From contig JAZDDX010000010.1 in NCBI GenBank assembly GCA_043809315.1, positions 1 to 64,000 on the forward strand: a DNA stretch of 64,000 nt, written 5' to 3'. The notes below the pieces were generated by a model. It saw only the letters and a program-made list of their open reading frames with translations, did not search any database and was not told the origin of the DNA. The stretch is from Pseudomonadota bacterium (lineage in GTDB: Bacteria; Bdellovibrionota_G; JALEGL01; DATDPG01). Positions 38,410-48,989 of the stretch are shown here, one piece after another (within the stretch, counting starts at the first letter, position 1; every line of letters begins with the position of its first letter). Made by a program: the position numbers and the translations under genes.

Positions 38410-39801
38410 TCACGGATTCCGGCCCGTCATCCCTTCAGGGTTCAGAAGTTCATCCAGTTCCCGCTCCGACAGCACTTTCTTTTTCCGCGCGACTTCCCGG
38501 ACCGTTTTCCCCGTCTTGTACGCCTCTTTGGCAATCTCGGCCGCCTCGTCATACCCGATCTTCGGCACCAGCGCCGTGCACAGGGCGAGACTCTTTTCGA
38601 TCATCTCCCTGCACCGCTCCTCATCCGCTTCGATTCCGTCTACACACTTCTCACGGAACGTTTCCACGGCATTGGAGAGCAATTCGATCGACTCGAGGAT
38701 TGAAAAGATCATCACCGGCATTCCCGTTGAGAGCTCGAAATTCGAGAGGTTCGACGCCGCCACGACCGTGGCGTCATTCCCGACCACTTTCGCGCAAACC
38801 TGAAGTAGGGCCTCCGGAATTACCGGATTCACCTTTCCCGGCATGATCGACGACCCCGGTTGAACCGCCGGCAATCGGATCTCGCCGAGTCCGCAACGCG
38901 GCCCCGAAGCCAACCACCGGATGTCGTTCGCGATCTTCGTGAGAGCCAGCGCCGTCGTCCGGAGCGCCCCGCTCGTCTCGATCAACCCATCCTTAGCACC
39001 CTGGGCCGAGAAATGGTTCGAGGTTTCACGAAGCCGCAACCCGGTACTCTTCGACAGCCCCGCAATCACTTCGGCTGCGAACCCTTTCGGCGCGTTGATC
39101 CCGGTCCCGACCGCCGTTCCCCCGAACGGAAGTTCCAGGAGGGGAACCGCAGATCTCCGCAGCCTCTCGACCGATTCCGCAACCTGCGCCCGGTATCCCG
39201 AAAAAACCTGCCCCAGACGGATCGGGGTGGCGTCCTGCAGATGCGTCCGCCCGATCTTCACGATCCGGTCGAACGACTTAGCTTTCTTTTTAAGAGAGAC
39301 CGCCAACTTCGAAAGCGAAGGGATCAGCCCCTCGTGGAGCGCCAAGAGAACTGAAACGTGCATCGCGGTCGGGAAGACGTCGTTCGACGACTGACCGAAG
39401 TTCACGTGATCGTTCGGATGGACCTTCTTCGAACCCCGTTTCCCCCCCATCATCTCCCCAGCCCGGTTCGCGATCACCTCGTTCGCGTTCATGTTCGTCG
39501 ACGTCCCCGATCCGGTCTGGAAGACATCCACCACGAATTGATCGTCCCACTTCCCTTCGACGACCTCTTGCGCGGCTTTCGCAATCGCCTTTGCCATCGT
39601 CGGATCGATCCATTTATGCTTACCGCTCACCTCCGCCGCCGACCGTTTGACCAGACCGAGCGCCTCGAGGAAGACCCGAGGAAGCCGATATGGACTGATC
39701 CGGAAATTCTCCACCGCCCTCTGCGTGGAGGCCCCATAATAAGAGTCCGCAGGGACCTTCATCTCCCCCATCGAGTCCTTTTCGATCCGGAAATCAGGCA
39801 T
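38410..39801 (-). CDS. fumC: Class II fumarate hydratase
   Basis: RIEKDSMGE, QTGSGTSTNMN, GRTHLQDATP, GSSIMPGKVNP. Confidence 0.95.
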   Translation of the reverse strand: MPDFRIEKDSMGEMKVPADSYYGASTQRAVENFRISPYRLPRVFLEALGLVKRSAAEVSGKHKWIDPTMAKAIAKAAQEVVEGKWDDQFVVDVFQTGSGTSTNMNANEVIANRAGEMMGGKRGSKKVHPNDHVNFGQSSNDVFPTAMHVSVLLALHEGLIPSLSKLAVSLKKKAKSFDRIVKIGRTHLQDATPIRLGQVFSGYRAQVAESVERLRRSAVPLLELPFGGTAVGTGINAPKGFAAEVIAGLSKSTGLRLRETSNHFSAQGAKDGLIETSGALRTTALALTKIANDIRWLASGPRCGLGEIRLPAVQPGSSIMPGKVNPVIPEALLQVCAKVVGNDATVVAASNLSNFELSTGMPVMIFSILESIELLSNAVETFREKCVDGIEADEERCREMIEKSLALCTALVPKIGYDEAAEIAKEAYKTGKTVREVARKKKVLSERELDELLNPEGMTGRNP

Positions 39802-39959
39802 TTGCACCTCGTTTGCGGGCCATCCTACGGTTTACCGCCGGCTGCGCCAAGGGGGAGCGCACGTAGACAAATGTTAACAGTTTTTTCCATTTCGTTAACT
39901 TTAGGGTGGCCCCGGACCACCTCGGTTTCATATCCTGAAGATGAGAAAGGATACCGACC

Positions 39960-41837
39960 ATGAAACGTCTCCTATTCGCCCTTCTGACCCTCCCCCTTCT
40001 GTCCGCTTGCGATACCCCCCGAACTCAGCCCAAGGACCTCGGGGATATTCAGCTTCGGAAGTTCGGCTCCTGCGCCGAGATTCAGAAGGCCCGGACGATG
40101 GTGTTACGCCCGGTCAGCGAAGGAGTGGCGTACGGCGCCCCTTCCGACACTTCGGGTTCGAAGTCGAATGCGAGCGCCCCTCTCGGCGAAACCAACATTC
40201 AAGTGGCCGGTGTCGACGAGTTGGACATCGCCAAAGCAGACGGAGAGTTCATCTTTCGCACCGGCACGGCTTACGGCACCAACCAGATCGAGGTGTTGAA
40301 ACGTTCGCCTGCTTCCTCTGCCGCGATCGTTCAAAAGATCGATCTGGGGAATCTGACCGTCCTGGGACTCTTTCTCACTCCGGACAAGTTGATCGCCATC
40401 ACCGAAGACTTCACGTATGGCTCCCCCCCTCTTACTGGGCTTTTGAGTGTGGCGGCTCCCGTTCCGGAACAATCTCGCCAGTCCATCCATATCCTCTTCT
40501 TTGCGCGATCTTCGGACGGGACCCTTTCGAAGACGGACGAGCGGACGATCTCGGGACAGGTGCAAACGGCCCGCCTGATCGGTAACCGGATGCACCTCGT
40601 CCTCACTCAGTACCTCGGCTGGATCTACCCCGACGAACCCACCCCGGAACCCCTTTCTCTTCCGGCCATCGGCGTGGCAAAATCGACGGAAACGAAGTTC
40701 GCCTGCAATTGTGACGGCATCTGGTACGAGCCGATCGCGGGGGATCCCTCCAATTTCGAATACCCGATTATCGACTCCCTTCTCGGGGTTCTCACCCTGA
40801 ACATCGATGATCCCGACAGCGATCCGCAAGGGGAGTGGATCGCCGGTGCGAGCGCATCGGTCATCTATGCCTCCGAGAACAATCTCTTTCTCGCGAGCGG
40901 CGGCTGGTCCGACACCCTTCCGATTCACCAGTTCCAACTCGGGACTGCGGATCGTAAAACCCAATACGTCGGATCGGCCCTCGTGGAAGGGACTCTGATC
41001 AACCAGTTCGCCATGGATGAAAACAAAGGGCATCTCCGCGTCGCTACGACATTCCACGGCGAGGAGAATTTCGCCCGCGGGGTCTATGGCACGTCGCAGA
41101 GCGAGGTGTCGGTCTTCCGACTGGGCAAGGGAAACCTGGAACGGGTCGGACAGGTCGCTGGCCTCGGCAAGGGGGAGACGATCTACGCCGTCCGTTTCCT
41201 AGGGGACGTCGGGTACGTCGTGACGTTCAAAAAGGTGGATCCGCTCTATGTCGTCGACCTCAAAGACCCGACCAACCCGGTTGTGAGAGGCGAACTCAAG
41301 ATCCCCGGCTACTCCTCGTATCTCCATCCGATGAAAGAAGGATATCTCCTTGCCGTCGGTAAAGATGCCGAGGCGGCGCTCGAATCGGACGATTTTGCCT
41401 GGTACCAGGGGATGGCGATGTCGATCTTCGATGTCCGCGATCTCGACAATCCGAAGCTGGTTCAGAAGATCGGAATTGGAAGCCGCGGAACGAACTCGGA
41501 AGCGCTCTACGATCACAAGGCGTTCCGCTACATCCCAGAGAAGAACCTCGTCGTCCTCCCGATCGACCTGTACGAGGACAGCATCGGACAGTGGAACTAC
41601 GGAACGTGGACCTTCTCCGGATTCCAGATTTACAGCGCGACCGTCGAAAGCGGCTTTTCCCTCGTGGGAAAGTCGGCGTTCAAGAGCCAGTATGGATTCT
41701 CCACCTGGGGTTTTTCAGGCGGCGGAAACCGGTCCTTCTACAAGGATGGCGTGATGTCGCTCATCGGAGGCGGGGAGATGGTGTTGCGGTCGGCGGATGC
41801 ACCGGACGTCGACCTTGCCCGCCTGGCGATCGACTAG
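39960..41837 (+). CDS. Secreted beta-propeller domain lipoprotein
   Basis: Lipobox LSAC; TNIQVAGVDE.DIAK.DG, NQFAMDE, VTFKKVDPL, GELKIPGYSSYLHP. Confidence 0.88.
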   Translation: MKRLLFALLTLPLLSACDTPRTQPKDLGDIQLRKFGSCAEIQKARTMVLRPVSEGVAYGAPSDTSGSKSNASAPLGETNIQVAGVDELDIAKADGEFIFRTGTAYGTNQIEVLKRSPASSAAIVQKIDLGNLTVLGLFLTPDKLIAITEDFTYGSPPLTGLLSVAAPVPEQSRQSIHILFFARSSDGTLSKTDERTISGQVQTARLIGNRMHLVLTQYLGWIYPDEPTPEPLSLPAIGVAKSTETKFACNCDGIWYEPIAGDPSNFEYPIIDSLLGVLTLNIDDPDSDPQGEWIAGASASVIYASENNLFLASGGWSDTLPIHQFQLGTADRKTQYVGSALVEGTLINQFAMDENKGHLRVATTFHGEENFARGVYGTSQSEVSVFRLGKGNLERVGQVAGLGKGETIYAVRFLGDVGYVVTFKKVDPLYVVDLKDPTNPVVRGELKIPGYSSYLHPMKEGYLLAVGKDAEAALESDDFAWYQGMAMSIFDVRDLDNPKLVQKIGIGSRGTNSEALYDHKAFRYIPEKNLVVLPIDLYEDSIGQWNYGTWTFSGFQIYSATVESGFSLVGKSAFKSQYGFSTWGFSGGGNRSFYKDGVMSLIGGGEMVLRSADAPDVDLARLAID

Positions 41838-42820
41838 CGATCGGGCTTGTGCCGCTCGGCTTGATACACGCGCGAGGCGATCGCGTGGTTTAGGAACCGT
41901 TCGATCCGGCCGGAGGTTTGAATCAGCTTCTCCAGGGTCAGATTGGTCCGGATCCCCATCCCTTCCAGGACATAAACGACATCCTCCGTCGCCACGTTCG
42001 CCGGAGCGCCGGCGGCGTGCGGACAGACCCCCAACCCCCCGATCGAAGTTTCGAACACCCGAACGTCGGCCCCGGCCGCAGCTAAGATGTTGGAAATCGC
42101 CATTCCGTACGTGTCGTGGAAATGTCCCGCAAACGCCGAAGCGGGCGCCTTCTTCAAGAGCCGGTCGAACACCTTCCAGACCATCTTCGGTGTCGCACGT
42201 CCGGTCGTGTCGCTGATCGCGATCTCGTAACACCCGAGATCAAAGAGACGCCCGGCAATCTCCACCACCCGCCGGGGATCGATCTTCCCCTCGAACGGAC
42301 ATACGAACGCGGAGGAGATCACTCCGCGAAACTGCAGTCGGTGTTTCCGGGCCAGCGCAACGATCTCCCACAGGGAGCCGATCCGCTCCTCAGTCGTCTG
42401 TTTCGTGGCGTGCCGTTGGGAGCCGTCCGAGGCTGCCACCCCGATCGCCACCTCGCCGATCCCGGCGACCAGAGCCCTCTCCATCCCCCTGGAATCTTCC
42501 ACCCAGGCGGAATAGGTCACGTCGTCCCGACGCGGGAGCTGGCGGGCGACATCCTCGGCATCCGCCAGCTGCGGATAGGTCTCCGGATCGGCAAACCCGA
42601 CCGCCTCGATGAGGGACTGCCCGGCATCGACCAGGGACCGAATCAATGCGAGTTTCGTCAACGCCGGAAGGATCACCACCTCGTTCTGAAAGCCATCCCT
42701 CGGCCCCACCTCCCGAAGGAAGACAACCTTCGGGACCGACCCGCGCCAAGTGATCTTCTTGGACCGCGGCATGCTGCCCCGACGTCGTTCCAGGGATTTG
42801 AGCTTCGGTTCCGCCGGCAT
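41834..42820 (-). CDS. Hydroxymethylglutaryl-CoA lyase
   Basis: EVGPRDGFQNE, HFHDTYG, GGLGVCP..NVATED; start could be 42772. Confidence 0.9.
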   Translation of the reverse strand: MPAEPKLKSLERRRGSMPRSKKITWRGSVPKVVFLREVGPRDGFQNEVVILPALTKLALIRSLVDAGQSLIEAVGFADPETYPQLADAEDVARQLPRRDDVTYSAWVEDSRGMERALVAGIGEVAIGVAASDGSQRHATKQTTEERIGSLWEIVALARKHRLQFRGVISSAFVCPFEGKIDPRRVVEIAGRLFDLGCYEIAISDTTGRATPKMVWKVFDRLLKKAPASAFAGHFHDTYGMAISNILAAAGADVRVFETSIGGLGVCPHAAGAPANVATEDVVYVLEGMGIRTNLTLEKLIQTSGRIERFLNHAIASRVYQAERHKPDR

Positions 42821-42889
42821 CGAAAGGCGAACCGTATCCTTTATTGGTCTGCACCTCAAAATTCGTGCTAATCAAATTGGATCCGCCGC

Positions 42890-45800
42890 ATGAACCCGAA
42901 CGGCCTGAACCGATCCGTCCCGTTGGCGATTCTCCTCTTCGCCGGCCTCTTGGGCGTCGGGGCCTATGCCAAGTTCCATCACGAGGCGTTCCGGTCCGCC
43001 GCGTTGGATCTCAAGATCACACGCTCGGAGGCCCTTCGAAACGCGAAGGAGTTTCTGACCTCGAACGGTTTCTCGATTGACGGCGCTGAATCATCGGCCG
43101 CTTTCTTTTCCCACGACGACTCAATTCTCTACCTCGAGAAGAACATGGGGACCTCCGAAGCCAACCGATGGCTTCGCGGGGGGGGCCTTCCGGTCTGGGG
43201 GTGGGAGGTTCGCTTCTTCTGGCCGCTCGAGAAAGAGGAATACCATGTCTGGTGGGCCCCCGACGGGGCTCTGCTGGGATTCCGTCACGACCTGATCCGA
43301 GAAAAGGCGAAACCGACCCTCTCGCAGTCGCAGGCCCTTTCGCTCGCGACCTCATTCGCGAAGAGCCGGCCCGAGTTCTCCCTCACCGACTATCGCCTGG
43401 TCGAACGCTCCAGCACCGAAGGGGCGCACCGAACCGATCATTTTTTCACCTGGAAATCGAAATCCAACCTCCTGGACGCCCGGCTCTACCTCCGAACCAC
43501 GGTCTCCGGAAACGAGGTGAGCGCGTTCCGCAAGGAAATCGCGGTCCCCCGCTCCTTCGCACGGGCGGAGGAAGAGATCGGGTCGCGCCGGGAACTGCTC
43601 TCCCTGATCGCGAACCGGATCGATTGGGTCTTGAGCCTAACGATCTTCCTCTTCCTCCTCGGCGCCTGGAAGCGGCGATGGCTCCGGTGGAAACCAGCCC
43701 TGTTCCTGGTCGGAGCCGTGGCCACGGTCGAGTTGATCAACCTCCTAAACGGCCTTCCCCTCGTCTGGCACGACTACTCCACGCAAGAGACGGTCTCGGC
43801 GTTCTGGCTCAATCGGATCGGGGTTGCACTGCTCGGTCTGCTCGCGAGCACAGCCTGGTGGGTCTTTCCGTACGGCTCCGCAGACGCCATGGGGAGAACG
43901 CTTCCCGGTTCGGAGTATTCCCTGGGGGAAATCCCGCGCCGCACGTTTTTCCGCTCCCGGCCGTTCGCGATCGCCACGCTCGCCGGTTTGGGGGCTGCGG
44001 GGATCCAGTTGGGATTCGTGGCCCTTTTCTATGTGCTGGGAAAACGGTTCTTCGGCTTCTACGCTCCGATGGACGTCCCTTACAGCGATCTCCTCACCTC
44101 GACGGTCCCGTGGATCCAGCCGCTCCTGATCGGTCTCTCGACCGCGCTTCAGGAGGAGACCGTCTACCGCCTCTTCGCGATCCCCCTGCTTTTCCGATTC
44201 ACCCGGCGGAGATGGATCGCCCTTCTTGTGCCGGCGCTTCTCTGGGGGTTCCTGCACAGCGGCTACTACGTCGAGCCGATCTTCGTGCGGGGACTCGAGC
44301 TTACGGTCGTCGGGATCTTCTTCGGCCTCGTCTTTCTCCGGTTCGGCATCTGGGCCACGATCGTGGCCCACTACACCTACAACGCGGCGATCAGCTCCTC
44401 GATCTTCTGGAGTTCCGGCTCGCCGGCTCTCGTTCTCTCCTCTCTCGTCGTCGTCGGGATCCTCGCGATTCCGCTTCTCTTGAGTGCCTGGCAGCGCACT
44501 CGGAAACGGGAGTCGTTCCATCCCGTTCCGTTTAAGCCGATCGACTGGCTTCCCGCCGGACCGGCGCCGTGGCAAGGGGGTTCCGACCGCCGGAAAGCCT
44601 CGCAGCGGGAGAACCCTCTGCCGATTCTTCCCCCGATTGCGGCCATGTTGGCCGTCACCCTGACATTCGTCTTCCTTCCCCCAAAATCGGCCCCTCCCCC
44701 GATGACGCTCGACCGGAGCGAGGCGATCGCGGCAGCCCGAAGGAATCTCGAGGAACTCGGGTATCACCTCGATCGACACCTCACCTCCGCCGCGATCTAT
44801 CAGACCTACCCCGGGTTGGCCGCGTCGTACCTGCGCACCCGGTCCGATGCCGCCGAGGCGGAGGCGTACCTCACGAGATTCCAGCCGAACCGATCGTACT
44901 GGTCGGTTCGGTTCGTATCCCCCGGCCGGCCTGATGAGTGCACGGCGGAAGTCGGATCGGACGGAACCATTCCGAGTTTCTCGTGTGAGATCGGAGAGGA
45001 GGCCCCCGGCTCGAAAATGACCGCGGCGGACGCTCGTGCCTTGGCAGAAACCTATCTCCGAGGCCGCGATTTCCGATCGGGCACCGTGCAATATATCGGC
45101 GCCTCCGAGCACGACCGCCCGAACCGGAAGGACTTCACGCACCGATGGATCGACGTCCGAGCCATTTTCGGCGAACTCCGGAGGTACATCGAGGTCGATA
45201 CGGGGGGGGGCCGCGTAACGTCGTTCGACACGTACCTCCAGGTCCCGGAAACGTTTAAACGGAAGGAGTCGGAACGAACCACTTGGGAGGTAATCCGGAA
45301 CATCCTCCGGGCACTCGCTCTTCTGGCCACCGCCGGGCTCGTGCTCCGGGCCCTGTTCGACCCGAAAGTAACCGCCTCGCTCCTGTCCCCTCTTCCCCTT
45401 CAGGCGGCCCTCGTCGGCGGACTCCTCTCCCTCCTCGACGCGGGAAACGCCTTTCCGCAGTTCTGGTCGGCGTATGAATCGACCAGCCCCCTTCCGGTCT
45501 ATCTCGCTCTCAAGGTTCTTTCGATCTTCGGCGGCGCCGCCACCGCGGCGATCGCAGCGTACCTCGCCACCCTTCTGTTCCTTACGCTGGCTCCGCAGGT
45601 CTTCCCGACCGCTCCGACCGAGGAGGATATGAGGATCGTCTCCCACCGCCCCCCCTGGCGATGGCGAGAATCCCGCGTCAGCTTCCTCTGGGCCCTGGCC
45701 ATCGTGTCGACCCAAATCCTGATCCGGCATCTCTCCGATCTCACCGTGGGGAATACCAACTCCGACCCGGTCGGCATCAACCTGGCGGTCTTCACAAATT

Positions 45801-46207
45801 ACCTACCGATCGTTTCAGGCTTCGGTGCGTTCTGGAGTGCGCTGGTCTTCTGGGCCGCTTTCGCCGCGCTGGTCGCGGCCGGGCAGAAATATCTCCGGGC
45901 GACCGCCGGAACCGCCACGCTCATCTTTGTCACGTGGGTCGCGCTCCTCATCCGCGGGAACACCGTAACCGACGCATTTCCGCACCTGGTGAATTTCCTG
46001 ATCCTGATGTTTCTCGTCCTTCGGAGAGTTCGATTTCATCTGCCGTTCTACGTCTGGTACGCATTCCTCTCCACGCTCATCCCCTTCCTCCCTTGGATCT
46101 TCGCCGAACACCGACATTTCCAATTTCAGGCTTTTCTGGCGGCCGGGGCGATTCTCTGGATCGTGGCGACACTCTTCCGAAGATCGGATATAATGATCCG
46201 GTCTTGA
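42890..46207 (+). CDS. Large CPBP (CAAX/Abi) intramembrane glutamic endopeptidase with internal duplication
   Basis: QEETVYR, WGFLH and AHYTYN motifs; two homologous extracytoplasmic modules. Confidence 0.85.
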   Translation: MNPNGLNRSVPLAILLFAGLLGVGAYAKFHHEAFRSAALDLKITRSEALRNAKEFLTSNGFSIDGAESSAAFFSHDDSILYLEKNMGTSEANRWLRGGGLPVWGWEVRFFWPLEKEEYHVWWAPDGALLGFRHDLIREKAKPTLSQSQALSLATSFAKSRPEFSLTDYRLVERSSTEGAHRTDHFFTWKSKSNLLDARLYLRTTVSGNEVSAFRKEIAVPRSFARAEEEIGSRRELLSLIANRIDWVLSLTIFLFLLGAWKRRWLRWKPALFLVGAVATVELINLLNGLPLVWHDYSTQETVSAFWLNRIGVALLGLLASTAWWVFPYGSADAMGRTLPGSEYSLGEIPRRTFFRSRPFAIATLAGLGAAGIQLGFVALFYVLGKRFFGFYAPMDVPYSDLLTSTVPWIQPLLIGLSTALQEETVYRLFAIPLLFRFTRRRWIALLVPALLWGFLHSGYYVEPIFVRGLELTVVGIFFGLVFLRFGIWATIVAHYTYNAAISSSIFWSSGSPALVLSSLVVVGILAIPLLLSAWQRTRKRESFHPVPFKPIDWLPAGPAPWQGGSDRRKASQRENPLPILPPIAAMLAVTLTFVFLPPKSAPPPMTLDRSEAIAAARRNLEELGYHLDRHLTSAAIYQTYPGLAASYLRTRSDAAEAEAYLTRFQPNRSYWSVRFVSPGRPDECTAEVGSDGTIPSFSCEIGEEAPGSKMTAADARALAETYLRGRDFRSGTVQYIGASEHDRPNRKDFTHRWIDVRAIFGELRRYIEVDTGGGRVTSFDTYLQVPETFKRKESERTTWEVIRNILRALALLATAGLVLRALFDPKVTASLLSPLPLQAALVGGLLSLLDAGNAFPQFWSAYESTSPLPVYLALKVLSIFGGAATAAIAAYLATLLFLTLAPQVFPTAPTEEDMRIVSHRPPWRWRESRVSFLWALAIVSTQILIRHLSDLTVGNTNSDPVGINLAVFTNYLPIVSGFGAFWSALVFWAAFAALVAAGQKYLRATAGTATLIFVTWVALLIRGNTVTDAFPHLVNFLILMFLVLRRVRFHLPFYVWYAFLSTLIPFLPWIFAEHRHFQFQAFLAAGAILWIVATLFRRSDIMIRS

Positions 46208-47439
46208 ATCGACGCACTTCGATCTTTGCCCTCGCCGTTTCGTTGTCGTTCCTCCTTCCGAACCTGGCTCGGGCTCAGGCGATTGCTATCGCAAACGACA
46301 ACGGCGTCATGGTTTTCGCCGAGGCGAAAAGTTCGGCCGATGTCCTCGTGACGCTCTCCAAGGGGAAAAAGATCAGCGTCACCGGCCAGCGCGGGGAGTT
46401 CTACCAGGTGAAAATCCAGCTCCCGGACGGTTTTGTCCTCGACGGCTTCACCCCGGTTCACATGCTCACGATCGTTTCCGGGTATGTGGCACCTCCGGTG
46501 CAGGCGGAGCCCCGTCCCTCCTCGGCCCCGGCCTGGGCCGCTCCGGAATCGAATTATCCCTCTCCTTCGAGGTCGGCTCCGCGACCGCCCCCCCCATCCC
46601 GATCCTCTGGATCGAGTTCCTCCGATTCGTACGACGATAGTTCCTCGTCCTCCTCCGACTTCGGGGAGCTGAAAGACCGCTTCCGTCTCCGGGCGGGCCC
46701 GGGGATCTTGATCTACAGTTACAAGTTTTTGACGGCCGGGGCGAAACCCGGACAGCTCTTCACCTATAACTTGAGCGGCCTGGCGGCCAACATTGAATTC
46801 ACCGGTTGGGTCTTCGAGGGATCCGATCGGACGTTCCGCATCGGCTTGACCGGCGGGTACGAACACGCCTTCTTCCGGACCAAGACCAACGTCTCCTCCG
46901 CAAGCGCGTCGGGCAACTCCAAGACGGCCGCCAACTCGATCGACGACATGTCCGGAGGGCTAGTGCTCGAGTACCGGTTCGAGCCGCAGCCGAACTCCCT
47001 CACGGTGGGAGTCAAGGGGGGATACCGCTGGTTCAAGTTCACCGGAGACGACTTGACCGACGCGGCCGGGAAGCGCCTCAACATCTACGTCAGCCAGACC
47101 GTGTCGAGCATCCTGGGCGGTCCGTATGTTGTGATCCCGCTCGACAAAGGAAAGAGCTTTCTCGCGTCCTTGGGGATCGATCTCTTGCTCAAGAATACCG
47201 TCAAGGAGAGTCCGGCCGGAACCTCGGGAGCCACGCCGAAAGGGAAGTTCGGATATGTCCCGTCGCTCTTCTTGACCTACGGTTTCTCCGCCCGTCACTG
47301 GGCCGACCTCGGGTACCGGATGTACGTTCAGAACTTCAGCTACAGCGGGTTGGCCAGCCGCGCCTCGAACAACGTGACCGACGGAACGGCCAAAACGCTC
47401 CTCCACGAATTCCGGCTGTCGTACGAGTACCGCTTCTAG
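46204..47439 (+). CDS. SH3b-like domain + Pro/Ser linker + outer-membrane beta-barrel protein
   Basis: Signal ..LARA-Q; SH3-like GQRGEFYQV..GF; amphipathic strands ending YEYRF; TTG start. Confidence 0.7.
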   Translation: MNRRTSIFALAVSLSFLLPNLARAQAIAIANDNGVMVFAEAKSSADVLVTLSKGKKISVTGQRGEFYQVKIQLPDGFVLDGFTPVHMLTIVSGYVAPPVQAEPRPSSAPAWAAPESNYPSPSRSAPRPPPPSRSSGSSSSDSYDDSSSSSSDFGELKDRFRLRAGPGILIYSYKFLTAGAKPGQLFTYNLSGLAANIEFTGWVFEGSDRTFRIGLTGGYEHAFFRTKTNVSSASASGNSKTAANSIDDMSGGLVLEYRFEPQPNSLTVGVKGGYRWFKFTGDDLTDAAGKRLNIYVSQTVSSILGGPYVVIPLDKGKSFLASLGIDLLLKNTVKESPAGTSGATPKGKFGYVPSLFLTYGFSARHWADLGYRMYVQNFSYSGLASRASNNVTDGTAKTLLHEFRLSYEYRF

Positions 47440-47450
47440 TCCGGGCCACG

Positions 47451-48989
47451 ATGAACTTCGGCCCGTTCAGCGCCAGGTCCCGAGAGGAGATGCTCACGAC
47501 CTGCGCGGCCCAGCCTCTCGACCTCGTCGTCATCGGCGGGGGGATCACCGGCGCCGGAATTCTGCGCGATGCGACCTTGCGCGGGTTTCGCTGCGCTCTG
47601 TTCGAAAAGGATGACTTTGCTTCCGGAACCTCCAGCCGTTCATCCAAGCTGATCCACGGCGGGATCCGCTACCTCGAGACCGGCCAGATCCCGCTCGTTT
47701 TCGAGGGACTCCGGGAACGTCGACTCCTTCTGAACCTCGCCCCCCAGTTTGTGAAGCCGCTGTCGTTCGTCTTTCCGGTCTATCGCGGGCAGGCAAGATC
47801 TCTCCCGACCGTAGCCGCCGGGGTGTACCTCTATCATTTTCTCTCCCTCTTCCGGGATATCGATCGCCCCCGCGTGATGCTTACCAAAAGGACACTCACG
47901 CTGGAACCGATGCTCCGATCGGAGGGTCTTACCGGTTCGGTGGTTTATTACGATGGTGTCACCGACGATTCGGCGCTCACGTTGGCCACCGTCCGTTCTG
48001 CGTGGGAACACGGCGGCATCGCCGTCAACCACGCGGAGGTGATCTCCCTTCTCGAGGAAAAGAACCGCGCCGCAGGGGTCCGGGTCCGGGACCGTCTTCG
48101 CGGCGGGGAGTATGAAATCCGCGCCCGCTGGATCATCAATGCCACTGGCCCGTGGTCCGATCGATTCCGCCGGGGGGCCGCTCTCGACCGGCCGATCCTC
48201 CGTCCGACCAAAGGGGTTCATCTGGTTCTGGACCGCACACGCTTGCGGATTTCGAACGCGATCGTGATGCTCCACCCCATCGATGGTCGCGTCACGTTTG
48301 TGATCCCGTGGAGAGGCATGCTCCTCGTCGGCACAACCGATACTGATTATCCAGGAAACCCCGACCAGCCGGAAGTCCTGCCTGCCGACGTCCGGTACCT
48401 TCTGGAAGCCGTCAACCACTATTTCCCGTTGGCCCGTCTCCAGCCGGCTCATGTCGTCAGCACGTTCGCCGGCGTCCGCCCTCTCCTTGCGGGACGGAAA
48501 CCCCCGGAAAAGGTCAAACCGTCCGCCCTTTCCCGCGATCACCGGATCTTCGAGGAACGTCCCGGGTTCTGGAGCGTCGCCGGCGGCAAACTCACATCGT
48601 TCCGAAGGATGGCCGAAGAGACGCTCGACCGCGTGATGCGCGCCGATCCGGAGTGGCGATCTCGCTTCCGGGAGCATCCGACCCGGTACATGCCGTACAG
48701 CCGGGACGTCAAGCCTCCCGGAAAGGACGGGGAGATCATCGCCGGCACCGGGATCCGCTGGTCCGACATCGTCCGTGCCATCGACGACGGGATGGCCGCC
48801 ACCGTGGAAGATGTCCTGGAACGGCGGACGCCGCTTTCCCTGCTGGATCGACGTCACGGAGCCGATCTGGTACATCGGGTCGCGCAGCTGCTCACGGAGC
48901 GCCTGGGACCTCTTCCCGGTTCTCCAAGTCAGCTCGGGAATTATCATGAAACGATCCGCCGCGCCGAAGAAGGCCTCGAACGCTCCTGA
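47451..48989 (+). CDS. glpD: FAD-dependent glycerol-3-phosphate dehydrogenase
   Basis: IGGGITGAG, SGTSSRSSKLIHGGIRYL, GTTD, GGKLT. Confidence 0.93.
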   Translation: MNFGPFSARSREEMLTTCAAQPLDLVVIGGGITGAGILRDATLRGFRCALFEKDDFASGTSSRSSKLIHGGIRYLETGQIPLVFEGLRERRLLLNLAPQFVKPLSFVFPVYRGQARSLPTVAAGVYLYHFLSLFRDIDRPRVMLTKRTLTLEPMLRSEGLTGSVVYYDGVTDDSALTLATVRSAWEHGGIAVNHAEVISLLEEKNRAAGVRVRDRLRGGEYEIRARWIINATGPWSDRFRRGAALDRPILRPTKGVHLVLDRTRLRISNAIVMLHPIDGRVTFVIPWRGMLLVGTTDTDYPGNPDQPEVLPADVRYLLEAVNHYFPLARLQPAHVVSTFAGVRPLLAGRKPPEKVKPSALSRDHRIFEERPGFWSVAGGKLTSFRRMAEETLDRVMRADPEWRSRFREHPTRYMPYSRDVKPPGKDGEIIAGTGIRWSDIVRAIDDGMAATVEDVLERRTPLSLLDRRHGADLVHRVAQLLTERLGPLPGSPSQLGNYHETIRRAEEGLERS

